Shown: one piece after another, positions 20,992-30,007 of the stretch
Numbering within the stretch: position 1 is the first letter of the stretch
How the letters are laid out: each line of letters starts with the position of its first letter
NCBI GenBank assembly: GCA_963752285.1
Contig: CAVVXN010000003.1
Coordinates: forward strand, 224,001-288,000
Direction of reading: 5' to 3'
DNA: 64,000 nucleotides
From: an uncultured Planctomycetota bacterium
Lineage (GTDB): Bacteria; Planctomycetota; PLA2; JAEUHO01
The notes under the pieces: generated by a model
Database searches by the model: none
The model's input: only the letters and a program-made list of their open reading frames with translations
What the model was told of the DNA's origin: nothing
Translations under genes and position numbers: made by a program

Positions 20992-21510
20992 ATGAGACGT
21001 ACGACGACCCTTCTGTCGGCGCTGCTGCTCGTCGGCGGCTGCCTCGCCCTCGGTCGGTCCGAGGACGCCGACGCGTTGCCGGCGGTGGCCCGCGCGCGGC
21101 CCCACGCCCTGTTCCAGGTGGCGATCGACGGCGTCGCCGTCGGCGGCTTCAAGAGCGTGGACGGCCTCTCGGCCGAGGTGGAGACCGTGGAGTACCGGGA
21201 CGGGGGCGACAACCTCGTTCGCAAGCTGCCCGGCCGCCTCGCGTTCGGGAGCGTCACGCTCGTGCGCGACCTGACCAAGGACACCACGTTCTTCGACTGG
21301 ATCCACGAGGCCGCGTCGACGAGCGGCCCCGACCGCAAGGACGTGACGGTCACCGTGTACGACCCGAAGAGCGGGGACACCGTCCGGACCTTCAACCTCG
21401 TGGACTGCTTCCCCACGCACCTGGCCGTCAAAGCCCTCGACGCGAAGGGCGGGGGCGAGGTCGCGATCGAGGAGATCGTCCTGGCGGTCGAGAACGTGAG
21501 TCTCGACTGA
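20992..21510 (+). CDS. Phage tail tube protein (T4 gp19 / eCIS Afp1-5 family) with N-terminal signal peptide
   Basis: FQVAIDG..GGFKSVDGLSAEVETVEYRDGGDN..RKLPGR...VTLVRDLT...FFDW...RKDVTVTVYD...FNLVDCFP...LDA...EVAIEEIVLAVE; leader MRRTTT-LLSALLLVGGCLALG-RSEDADA; GGAGGAG RBS. Confidence 0.88.
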   Translation: MRRTTTLLSALLLVGGCLALGRSEDADALPAVARARPHALFQVAIDGVAVGGFKSVDGLSAEVETVEYRDGGDNLVRKLPGRLAFGSVTLVRDLTKDTTFFDWIHEAASTSGPDRKDVTVTVYDPKSGDTVRTFNLVDCFPTHLAVKALDAKGGGEVAIEEIVLAVENVSLD

Positions 21511-21794
21511 GAGCCTATGGAGGAATCGAGTCCGGGGCCTCGGCCGGATGCGGCGCCGCGATGCGGCGTTGCTCGTCGTCAGCGACCCACGGCGGGGTCG
21601 CCTCCGGCTCGCACCATGCCTTGCGCCCCCGCGCTCGGCCCCGGGGCCCCGGCCCACGCATTCACACGCGGAGCGGCGCGGCGGCGGGCGCTGCGTGCGT
21701 GCCGCCCTGGAAGCGGCACGCACGACCCCCCCGACGGGCGTAGGAAAGGCCCGGGCCCGGTGCGGCGGTGTGCCGGCGCGCCGGAGGACGTGCC

Positions 21795-22814
21795 ATGCAG
21801 ATCGGCATGATCGGCCTCGGCCGGATGGGTGCGGACATGACCCGCCGCCTCCTCGCCGGTGGTCACGAGTGCGTCGTCTTCGACCTCGATGAGGGCCGCG
21901 TGCGCGCGCTCGAACGAGCGGGCGCCACCGGCGCCAGCTCCGTCGAAGCGCTCGTCGGTCGGCTCGCCCGCCCGCGCACGGTGTGGCTGATGGTGCCCGC
22001 GGGCGCCGTGGACCGCGCGTTGGCCGATCTGGCGCCTCGGCTCGAAGCCGACGACGTCGTGGTGGACGGAGGCAACACGAACCCGCAGGACGACCGACGC
22101 CGTGCGGCGCGGCTCGAGGAGCGCGGGATCCATCACGTGGACTGCGGGACGAGCGGCGGAGTCTGGGGCCGGGAAGGTGGCTACTGCCTGATGGTCGGGG
22201 GCGACGACGCGATCGTCTCCCGGCTGGACCCTCTGTTCCGGACGCTCGCGCCGGGACGGGACGCGGCGCCGCCCACCGCCGCTCGCGCCGCCCGGTCCGG
22301 GACGGCCGAGGACGGGTATCTCCACTGCGGCCCGCACGGCGCGGGGCACTTCGTCAAGATGGTGCACAACGGCATCGAGTACGGCGTGATGGCCGCGTAC
22401 GCCGAGGGGCTCGCGCTCCTCGGGCACGCGGCCGCGGGCCTCGAGACCCGGGAGACCGACGCGGAGACGACGCCGCTTCGGGACCCCGGCGCCTACGCCT
22501 ACCGCTTCGAGCTGGCCGACGTGGCCGAGGTGTGGCGACGGGGCAGCGTGATCCGGTCGTGGCTGCTCGACCTCGCCGCGAGCGCCCTCGCGAGGGACCC
22601 TGGCCTCGAGGCCTTCGCGGGGCGCGTCTCGGACTCCGGGGAGGGGCGCTGGGCCCTCCAGGCCGCGATCGACGTCGGGGCGCCCGCGCCGGTGCTCGCG
22701 ACCGCGCTCTTCGCCCGCTTCGCCTCGCGCGGCGAGGCGGACTACGCCGGTCGGCTCCTCTCGGCGATGCGCCACGAGTTCGGAGGGCACCAGGAGAAGG
22801 GGCCGGGACGATGA
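21795..22814 (+). CDS. gnd: 6-phosphogluconate dehydrogenase (decarboxylating), short YqeC type
   Basis: GMIGLGRMG, VDGGN, DCGTSGG, GAGHFVKMVHNGIEYG, DSGEGRW, MRHEFGGH. Confidence 0.95.
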   Translation: MQIGMIGLGRMGADMTRRLLAGGHECVVFDLDEGRVRALERAGATGASSVEALVGRLARPRTVWLMVPAGAVDRALADLAPRLEADDVVVDGGNTNPQDDRRRAARLEERGIHHVDCGTSGGVWGREGGYCLMVGGDDAIVSRLDPLFRTLAPGRDAAPPTAARAARSGTAEDGYLHCGPHGAGHFVKMVHNGIEYGVMAAYAEGLALLGHAAAGLETRETDAETTPLRDPGAYAYRFELADVAEVWRRGSVIRSWLLDLAASALARDPGLEAFAGRVSDSGEGRWALQAAIDVGAPAPVLATALFARFASRGEADYAGRLLSAMRHEFGGHQEKGPGR

Positions 22815-24178
22815 CGCGCCCGCGCTCCGACGCCCTGGTCTTCTTCGGCGCCACGGGCGATCTCGCGAAGAAGAAGGTGTTCCCGGCGCTCTACGCGCTC
22901 GCCCGCCGTCGCCGCCTCGACGTGCCGGTGATCGGCGTCGCCCGGAGCGCCGGGAGCGTCGACGACCTCGTAGAGCGCGCGCGAGAGGCGGCGGAACGCG
23001 GCGGCGCGCTCGACGAGGTGGCTTTCGGCCGGCTTGCCAAGCGCCTCCGCTACGTCCAGGGCGACTACGGCGACGACGCGACGTTCGACGCGCTCCGGCG
23101 CGAGCTCGGCTCGGCCGCGCGACCGCTGCACTACCTGGCCATCCCGCCGGGCGCGTTCGCCACCGTCGTCCGGGGACTGGCGCGCTCGGGCTGCGCGAAG
23201 GGCGCGCGCATCGTGGTCGAGAAGCCGTTCGGACGCGACCTGGCCTCCGCGAAGGCCCTGAATCGGACCCTCCGCGAGGTGTTCGACGAGAGCGCGGTGT
23301 TCCGGATCGACCACTACCTCGGGAAGGAACCGGTGCTCAACCTGCTCGTATTCCGGTTCTCGAACACCTTCCTCGAGCCCATCTGGAACCGGAACTACGT
23401 GCGGAGCGTCGAGGTCACGATGGCCGAGTCGTTCGGCGTCGAGGGCCGCGGCGCGTTCTACGAGGAGGCCGGCGCCATTCGGGACGTGGTCCAGAACCAC
23501 CTCCTGCAGGTCGTGGGGTTCCTCGCGATGGAGCCGCCGCTGGCGACCTACGACGAGGCGATCCGCGACGAGCAGGTGAAGGTGTTCCGCGCGATCCGTC
23601 CCCTCGCGCCGAAGGACCTGGTCCGGGGACAGTTTCGGGGCTACCGCGACGAGGCCGGCGTCGCGCCGGACTCGACGGTCGAGACCTACGCGGCCGTGCG
23701 GCTCTGCGTGGACTCCTGGCGATGGGACGGCGTGCCCTTCTTCGTGCGGGCCGGGAAACGCCTCCCGGTCACGGCCACGGAGGTCTTGGTCACGCTCAAG
23801 CGACCGCCGCACCGCGCCGTGTCGAGGAGCGAGTCGAACCACCTTCGCTTCCGCCTCGGACCGGACGTCGCCATCGCCCTGGGCGCGCGCACGAAGCGGC
23901 CGGGCGACGAGCTGCTCTCGGATCCGACGGAGCTCCGGGTCGTGAGCCGGCCGGAGGGCGACGAGATGGACGCCTACGAGCGTCTCCTCTCGGACGCGAT
24001 GGACGGCGACGGGACGCTCTTCGCGCGCCAGGACGAGGTGGAGCAGGCGTGGGCGATCGTCGATCCGGTCCTCGGCGGGGTCACCGAGGTCCTGCCGTAC
24101 GAGCCCGGGTCGTGGGGGCCCGAGGCCGCGGCGCGCCTGCCCGAGAGCGTCGGCGGCTGGCACGACCCCGAGCCGTGA
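22811..24178 (+). CDS. zwf: Glucose-6-phosphate 1-dehydrogenase
   Basis: FGATGDLAKKK, VEKPFGRDL, RIDHYLGKE, RDVVQNHLLQ, RWDGVPF, AYERLL. Confidence 0.97.
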   Translation: MTRPRSDALVFFGATGDLAKKKVFPALYALARRRRLDVPVIGVARSAGSVDDLVERAREAAERGGALDEVAFGRLAKRLRYVQGDYGDDATFDALRRELGSAARPLHYLAIPPGAFATVVRGLARSGCAKGARIVVEKPFGRDLASAKALNRTLREVFDESAVFRIDHYLGKEPVLNLLVFRFSNTFLEPIWNRNYVRSVEVTMAESFGVEGRGAFYEEAGAIRDVVQNHLLQVVGFLAMEPPLATYDEAIRDEQVKVFRAIRPLAPKDLVRGQFRGYRDEAGVAPDSTVETYAAVRLCVDSWRWDGVPFFVRAGKRLPVTATEVLVTLKRPPHRAVSRSESNHLRFRLGPDVAIALGARTKRPGDELLSDPTELRVVSRPEGDEMDAYERLLSDAMDGDGTLFARQDEVEQAWAIVDPVLGGVTEVLPYEPGSWGPEAAARLPESVGGWHDPEP

Positions 24179-24943
24179 CGCCCGACACGCCCGCGTCGCG
24201 CGTCGTGGGGCCGGGGCGCGCCGAGGTCCGGGTTTGCGTCGATCCCGAGGCGCTCGCGCGCGAGGCGGCGCGGCGCGTCGTCTGCGCGCTGGCGCTCCGG
24301 GAGGCGGGGGGCGAGCGGTTCACCGTCGCGCTCTCGGGCGGCTCGACGCCCTCGGCGACCCTCCGGCGTCTCGCCGCGGCGCGGGCTCCCGGCGCCTGGA
24401 GCTCCCTCGATGTGTTCTTCACGGACGAGCGCTGCGTCGAGCCCCGCGACCCCGACAGCAACTACCGCCTCGCCGACGAGACGTTCCTTCGCCCCGCGCG
24501 CGTGCCGGCGGAGCACGTCCACCGCATCCACGGCGAGGAGCCCCCGGACGTCGCAGCCGCGCGCTACGAGGACGAGCTTCGGCGCACGTTCGGTCCCGGT
24601 GTCCCGCGTCTGGACCTCGTGCTCCTCGGGCTCGGGTCGAACGCGCACACCGCCTCGCTCTTCCCCGGTGACCGCGCGGTCCGGGAGGCGCGGCGGAACG
24701 CCCTCGCCGTGCAGCGTCCCCGCGACGCCGCCCTGGCGCGTGACGCTGACCCCGCCGGTCCTGAACGCCGCGCGCGAGGTGCTCTTCCTCGTCACGGGCG
24801 CGGCGAAGGCGGAGGCGCTCCGCGCCGTGCTCGAAGGACCGCGCGACCCGGACCGCTGGCCGGCGCAGGTGGTCGTCGCCGAGGGCGGTCGCGTGACGTG
24901 GCTCGTGGACCGCGCCGCCGCGAGCGGGCTCACGGCGGGGTGA
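24175..24943 (+). CDS. pgl: 6-phosphogluconolactonase, frameshifted near 24720
   Basis: [36 protein letters not shown], then [25 protein letters not shown] in another frame. Confidence 0.9.
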
Positions 24944-24961
24944 CGCGCAAACGGGCGTCGT

Positions 24962-25507
24962 TCACTCGGGAGGCGGGGACGGCGGGGACGGCGGAGCGGG
25001 CGGAGCGAGCTGCCGCGCGTACTCGATCTCGTCGTGGATCGGCCGGCCGCCGACCCCGATGCGCGGGATCTCGTGCTTGATGCGCCGCGCCGCGTCCACC
25101 GCGCCCGCGTGGACGGCGACGCGCGAGAAGCCCACGGCCTCGAAGAACGCCTGCGCGGGCAGGTTGTCGTTCGTCGTCACGAGCCAGACCAAGCCGACGC
25201 GTCGCCGCGCGGCCTCGGCGAGGCACGCCTCCACGAGCGCGCGTCCCACGCCGCGCCGGCGCGAGAGCACGTTCAACGACACGATCTCGATGCGCGGGCC
25301 GTCCATCCGCCACACCAGGAGCCCGACGGGCGAGCCGCTCTCCCGCGCGACGAGCTGGGGCAGGGCGTCCGCGGCGTGCACGTGGCCGCGCGTGATCACG
25401 CGGGTGGACCCCCACGCCGACGACAGGATCACCCTCGCCCACGAGAGGTCGGACGGCTCGGCGGGCTGGATGGAGAGGGAGGGAGGGGGCGGGCTCGCGG
25501 GGGACAC
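24962..25507 (-). CDS. GNAT family N-acetyltransferase
   Basis: RRRGVGRALV acetyl-CoA motif, LVTTNDNLPAQAFFEAVGF; start uncertain. Confidence 0.85.
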   Translation of the reverse strand: MSPASPPPPSLSIQPAEPSDLSWARVILSSAWGSTRVITRGHVHAADALPQLVARESGSPVGLLVWRMDGPRIEIVSLNVLSRRRGVGRALVEACLAEAARRRVGLVWLVTTNDNLPAQAFFEAVGFSRVAVHAGAVDAARRIKHEIPRIGVGGRPIHDEIEYARQLAPPAPPSPPSPPPE

Positions 25508-25616
25508 GGGAAGACGCCTTCGCTCCGGGGACGGGACCGTCCATCGTCCCACCGCGAAGGCGCCGGGGCGCACCGGGCACGAGGGTGGTCCCGCGTTCCG
25601 CGCCCCGCCTCGCGTG

Positions 25617-25871
25617 TCACTCGCGGCCGGCGAGCCGCGCCAACGCCTCGAGGTCGCGGCGCTCGAGGATGCCCCGTACCTCGGGCGGGGGGGCCTCCCC
25701 GCGGTCGAGGAGCTCCGCGACGCGCGTCCAGAGCCGTTCCCGCTTCTTCTCGGAGCCGGCCAGGAAGATCTCGCCCACGATCTCCTGGAGCCGGTCCGCC
25801 CGGATCTGGTCGAGGTTCCGGTAGTAGCTCCGGACGATCCGCTGCTGGTAGGGGGTCAGGTCCTTGGCCAC
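25617..25871 (-). CDS. Small conserved hypothetical protein
   Basis: MAKDLTPYQQRIVRSYYRNLDQI...LQEIVGEIFLA; protein-like composition; TAGAGT 7 nt upstream of GTG. Confidence 0.75.
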   Translation of the reverse strand: MAKDLTPYQQRIVRSYYRNLDQIRADRLQEIVGEIFLAGSEKKRERLWTRVAELLDRGEAPPPEVRGILERRDLEALARLAGRE

Positions 25872-25947
25872 GGCGGGGACTCTACCGCTCGGGGCTCCCT
25901 CCGGCCCGGAAAGCCCTCGTCCTGCCCGGGCCGTTACCGACGGGGGG

Positions 25948-26994
25948 TCAGGAGAGGCTCGCGCGGACGAACGCGGCGCGCCGGGCCTCTCGCTCCTCGC
26001 CGTCGAGGGTCCGGCCCTCCATCTTCTGGAGGTGCGCCGGCTGGGTCAGGACGAGGAGCTCGTTCACGCGGTGCAGGTCCACGTCCTCGAGGAGGCCCAT
26101 CACCACGCCCAGGCGCACGCTCGAGAGGTGGCTCATCACCTCGTCGCTCGTGAGCATGCGGGCGGCGCGGAGCGTCGCGAGGCTCCGGTGGACCTTGTCC
26201 TCCAGTCGGCGCCGGCCGCGGCTGGCGAGCTCCTGCCGGCACAGGTCCTCGTACTCGAGGATGCGCGGCAGCATGTTCCGGAGGCCGAGGAGGATCTCCT
26301 CCTCCGTCCGGCCGAGCGTGACCTGGTTCGAGATCTGGTACAGGTCGCCCAACGCCATCGTGCCCTCGCCGTAGAACCCGCGGACGGTGAGGCCCGTTCG
26401 CGAGCAGGCGTGGAAGACCTTCTCGACCTGCTTCATGTGGACGAGCGCCGGCAGGTGCAGCATCACGCTCGCGCGCAGGCCCGTCCCGACGTTCGTCGGG
26501 CACGCGGTCAGGTATCCGTGCTCGGTCGTCGCCGCGTACTCGACCACGTTCTCGAGCGTCCGATCGACGTCCACGGCCGTGTGCCACGCGTCCTCGAGCG
26601 AGAGCGACGAACGGATCGCCTGGATGCGCAGGTGGTCCTCTTCGTTGACCATCACGCTCACGACCTCGTCGGACCCGAACGCGACGCCGCGCGGTCCCTT
26701 GCCCGACTCCAGCTCGCGGCTGATCAGGTGGCGCTCGAGCAGGAACTTCGCGTCGAGTCGTTCGGCGACCTCGAGGTCCACGTAGTGCTGGCGGGCGCCG
26801 AGGGCGAGCGCGCTCAGGTGCTCGTGCATCCGTTCGAGGATCTCGCGCTTCTGATCTTCGCCCGCGCGCGTGGCGAAGGGGTACCCCGCGAGGTTGCGGG
26901 CCAGGCGTACGCGAGACGAGATCACGGTCTCGGCGCGCGGTCCCTCGCCCCGCAGCCACTCTCCGCATCGGCGATCGAGGTCAACGAGTTCCAC
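25948..26994 (-). CDS. mcsB: Protein arginine kinase
   Basis: ISSRVRLARNL, LLERHLIS, VMVNEEDHLRIQ, GYLTACPTNVGTGLRASVMLHLPAL, YQISNQVTLG. Confidence 0.95.
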   Translation of the reverse strand: MELVDLDRRCGEWLRGEGPRAETVISSRVRLARNLAGYPFATRAGEDQKREILERMHEHLSALALGARQHYVDLEVAERLDAKFLLERHLISRELESGKGPRGVAFGSDEVVSVMVNEEDHLRIQAIRSSLSLEDAWHTAVDVDRTLENVVEYAATTEHGYLTACPTNVGTGLRASVMLHLPALVHMKQVEKVFHACSRTGLTVRGFYGEGTMALGDLYQISNQVTLGRTEEEILLGLRNMLPRILEYEDLCRQELASRGRRRLEDKVHRSLATLRAARMLTSDEVMSHLSSVRLGVVMGLLEDVDLHRVNELLVLTQPAHLQKMEGRTLDGEEREARRAAFVRASLS

Positions 26995-27529
26995 CGCTCG
27001 GCTCGTCTCCGTGGGCCGGGCCGGACGCCGCGGCCTGCGGGCCCTGCTCCAGCTCGCGGATGGCGTCGCGGATGCGCGCCGCGTCTTCATAGCTCTCGGT
27101 GCGAACCGCGTCCTGCAGCTCACGCCGGAGCGCGAGCAGTCGATCGGCCCACTCCGTCTCCACGGTGACGCGCCCGCGCGGGAGCCTCCCGGTGTGGCGA
27201 TGCGCCCCGTGGATCTTGTCGAGGAGGGGGTTCAGCCGCTCCGCGAAGACTTCGTAGTCTCGCGGGCAGCCGAACCTCCCCTTGGTGCGGAACTCCTCGA
27301 ACGCGATGCCGCAGTGCGGACAGCGGAGCGTGGAACCCCCGCCCGCCTGCCGGATGGCACTCGACATCAGGTTGGCGAGGCCGGAGGGCACGGGCGCGCC
27401 GCTCGCGATTCCCTGCTCGTTCGCGCAGGCCTCGCAGATGTGCAGCGTCCGCTTCTTGTCGCTCTTGATCTCGGTGAAGTGGATGGTCGCCGGATACTTC
27501 CCGCAGCACTGGCACAGCGTCGGGCTCAT
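26981..27529 (-). CDS. mcsA: McsA activator (CxxC motifs plus UVR domain)
   Basis: CQCC..ATIHF, ICEAC, CPHCG..F..FR..GRFGCPRDY, HTGRLP, EDAARIRD. Confidence 0.93.
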   Translation of the reverse strand: MSPTLCQCCGKYPATIHFTEIKSDKKRTLHICEACANEQGIASGAPVPSGLANLMSSAIRQAGGGSTLRCPHCGIAFEEFRTKGRFGCPRDYEVFAERLNPLLDKIHGAHRHTGRLPRGRVTVETEWADRLLALRRELQDAVRTESYEDAARIRDAIRELEQGPQAAASGPAHGDEPSGGTR

Positions 27530-27600
27530 CTGTCGGGGAGGGTACCACGCGACGTGGCGCCGGCGGCGCGCCGCGCACGCCCCCGCGCTCGGTGACGCGG

Positions 27601-29001
27601 TCACGCGCCCCCGCCGCCAGTCGCGGCGGCCGCGACCCGATCGGCCAGCGCGCGGACCGCGGCCGCGAACCGCTCGCCCCGGACCACGAAGGACGGGTGC
27701 TCGTCGAGGCTCGAGTAGGCCGGCGAGAGCAGCACGGCGTCGCCGGGGCGGGCGAGGGCGGCGGCCCGCTCGACCGCGTGCTCGAGGTCCGGACCTCCTC
27801 GAACGGCGACGCACCGTCCCTCGAGCCTTTGCACGACGAGGTCGCCGCAGGTCCCGATGCCGACCACGGCACGGGCGCGTTCCGCGAGGACCGCGAGGAG
27901 CGGCTCGACGTCGAGTCCCTTGTCCTTGCCGCCGACCAGGACGACGGCGGGTCGCGGGCACGCCTCGAGGGCGCGGATCGTGCTGGTCGGGTTGGTCGCG
28001 TTGCTGTCGTCCACGTAGAGGACGCCCGCGACCTCGCCGATCGGCGCGAGCCGGTGCGGGAGGGGCCGCGCGTCCCGCGTGCCCACCTCGACGGCCGCGG
28101 GCGTGACGCCGTCCACCTGGGCGGCCGCCGCGGCGGCCGCCAGCGCGTTCCTGCGGTTGTGCGCGCCCCAGAGCGGGAACCCGGCGAGACGCGCGACGAA
28201 CCCGCCAGGACCGAGGATCCGGTCGCCGTCGAGGTCGAACGCCCCGCCCGTGCCGAAGAGCACGCGTCGCGCCGGCCCCGCGGACTCGTAGCGCGCCTCT
28301 CGGACGCGCGGATCGTCGGCGGGCAGCACGGCCACGTCGCCGGGCCGCTGTTGGTCGAGCGCGCTCCGCTTCGCCTCGGCGTACGCCTCCCACGTCCCGT
28401 GCCGGTCCAGGTGGTCCTCCAGCAGGTTCGTGACGAGCGTCACGTGCGGTGCGCGACCGATCCGTCGCGTCCACCAGAGCTGGAAGGAGGAGAGCTCGAG
28501 CACGACGAGGTCGCCGGGGGCGATCGCGTCCACCTCGGCGAGCAGCGCCCGCCCCACGTTGCCGCCGAGGTGGACGCGGCGACCGGCCGCGCGAAGCATC
28601 CCGGCGAGCAGCGTCGCGGTCGTGGACTTCCCCTTCGTGCCCGTCACGCCGAGCACGGGGGCCCGCACGCGTTCGAGGAAGAGGTTCGTCTCGGTCGTCA
28701 CGGGCAGGCCGCGCCGCCACGCCTCGGCGAGCACGGGGTGTTCGAAGGGGATGGCGGGGCTCGCGACCACGAGGTCGAACCCCTCGTCGAGGAGCGCGGG
28801 GGTCTGCGGCCCGAACACGAGGCGCGCGTCGAGCGCCTCCGCCTCCGCCGCGGAGAGGGCGAGCGCCGCGCGAGACGCCGAGTCCGAGACCACGACCTCC
28901 GCCCCGCGCCGGCGAAGGAAGCGGACGGTCTCGGTCCCGCCCGAGAACCGGCCGAGCCCGAGGACGAGCACACGGGCCGACCCGAACCCGGCGTCGATCA
29001 C
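27601..29001 (-). CDS. murD: UDP-N-acetylmuramoyl-L-alanine--D-glutamate ligase
   Basis: VLGLGRFSGG, SPAIP, GVTGTKGKSTT, GGNVG, ELSSFQL, DHLDRH, PHRL, DDSNATN, GGKDKG, LLSPAYSS. Confidence 0.93.
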   Translation of the reverse strand: MIDAGFGSARVLVLGLGRFSGGTETVRFLRRRGAEVVVSDSASRAALALSAAEAEALDARLVFGPQTPALLDEGFDLVVASPAIPFEHPVLAEAWRRGLPVTTETNLFLERVRAPVLGVTGTKGKSTTATLLAGMLRAAGRRVHLGGNVGRALLAEVDAIAPGDLVVLELSSFQLWWTRRIGRAPHVTLVTNLLEDHLDRHGTWEAYAEAKRSALDQQRPGDVAVLPADDPRVREARYESAGPARRVLFGTGGAFDLDGDRILGPGGFVARLAGFPLWGAHNRRNALAAAAAAAQVDGVTPAAVEVGTRDARPLPHRLAPIGEVAGVLYVDDSNATNPTSTIRALEACPRPAVVLVGGKDKGLDVEPLLAVLAERARAVVGIGTCGDLVVQRLEGRCVAVRGGPDLEHAVERAAALARPGDAVLLSPAYSSLDEHPSFVVRGERFAAAVRALADRVAAAATGGGGA

Positions 29002-29558
29002 CGGTGGCCTCCCCGCGGGCTCACGACGGGCGGCGGCGCCTCGACCGGGCGCGCCCGTTCCGGTGGCGGTCGTTCGCCCGGGACCGGTTGGGAGAGGGCC
29101 TCGCGCGTCGCCAGCCGGCGCGTGCGTTCCCGGAATGCGTTCGCCCTGTCGAGGGTCGCCCGTACCTCCCCCTCCGTCGCACGTTGCGCGAGGGGCGCGA
29201 GCGTCGCGGCCCACCGGAAGTGACGTCGGGGGACGGTCAGCTCGTACGGGAGGTCCACGATCGGATAGCCGTCGATCTGCGTGGGGACGACGACCACGGC
29301 GGCGAGGGAGCGGTAGCCCTCCTTCTCGAGGCGCACGTCGAGGTCGCCGTAGTAGACGAAGGGGATCGTCACCGGCGTGGTCCCCCGCGCGACCCCGTCC
29401 ACCCAGACCCGGGCGCCGGCCGGGTCGCTGTCGATCGTGAGCGTGCGCTGCGTGCTGCACGCCGACGAGAGGAGGAGGGACGCGACGACGACGAAGAACG
29501 CGCGCCGCCCCCGCGGGGCGCGCCCGGCGTCGGGCGGGGACGGCCTGCGGCGCGTCAT
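28998..29558 (-). CDS. PEGA domain lipoprotein
   Basis: LSSAC lipobox; LTIDSDPAGARVWVDG..GTTP..F.YYG..DVRLEKEGY. Confidence 0.85.
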   Translation of the reverse strand: MTRRRPSPPDAGRAPRGRRAFFVVVASLLLSSACSTQRTLTIDSDPAGARVWVDGVARGTTPVTIPFVYYGDLDVRLEKEGYRSLAAVVVVPTQIDGYPIVDLPYELTVPRRHFRWAATLAPLAQRATEGEVRATLDRANAFRERTRRLATREALSQPVPGERPPPERARPVEAPPPVVSPRGGHR

Positions 29559-30007
29559 CGAGCGGCGAGTCCCGAGAGCGCTACGAGCGGCTCGGCCCGT
29601 GCGGCGGCGACGGCGCGGATCGCGCGCGCCACCGCGGCGCCCCGCCGGAGCTTCCTCCGCTCGAGGTGGTCGGCGAGGTCCGCCTCCGAGCGGAGCTCCA
29701 AGGGGAAGGGAACCGCGTCCACGAACTCGCACGTCGCGGCGTCGTACCCCGCGCAGGTCGTCATCCGGTCCTGGTAGATCCCGCAGAGGTTGTCCGCGCG
29801 CAGGTGACGGCAGGGGGTCTTGACGTGGAGGAGCCACCCGTCCTCGTCCTTCGTCACCATCGTCCCCTCGTGCGCCAGCCACCAGCGCATCTCGTCCCAG
29901 TCGGCGTGGGCGCGGGGGGCGTCCACGTGGACGGTCAGGTACCCGCAGCACCGGGCCCGGCACCGGCGGGTACAGACCTCGATCTGGCGAGCGGCCTCCG
30001 CGTCCAT
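29555..30007 (-). CDS. YkgJ family cysteine-cluster (CxxCxxCC) protein
   Basis: CTRRCRARCC...CRHL..DNLCGIYQDR...C..Y....C. Confidence 0.85.
   Translation of the reverse strand: MDAEAARQIEVCTRRCRARCCGYLTVHVDAPRAHADWDEMRWWLAHEGTMVTKDEDGWLLHVKTPCRHLRADNLCGIYQDRMTTCAGYDAATCEFVDAVPFPLELRSEADLADHLERRKLRRGAAVARAIRAVAAARAEPLVALSGLAAR

Noticed and set aside
20992..21020. Tat signal in the tube protein (MRR)
   Set aside because: Lacks the S/T-R-R-x-F-L-K consensus; Sec SPI or SPII is more plausible
20992..21510. Prophage or complete eCIS/T6SS locus
   Set aside because: No sheath, baseplate, spike, capsid, terminase or integrase gene is recognisable in the window
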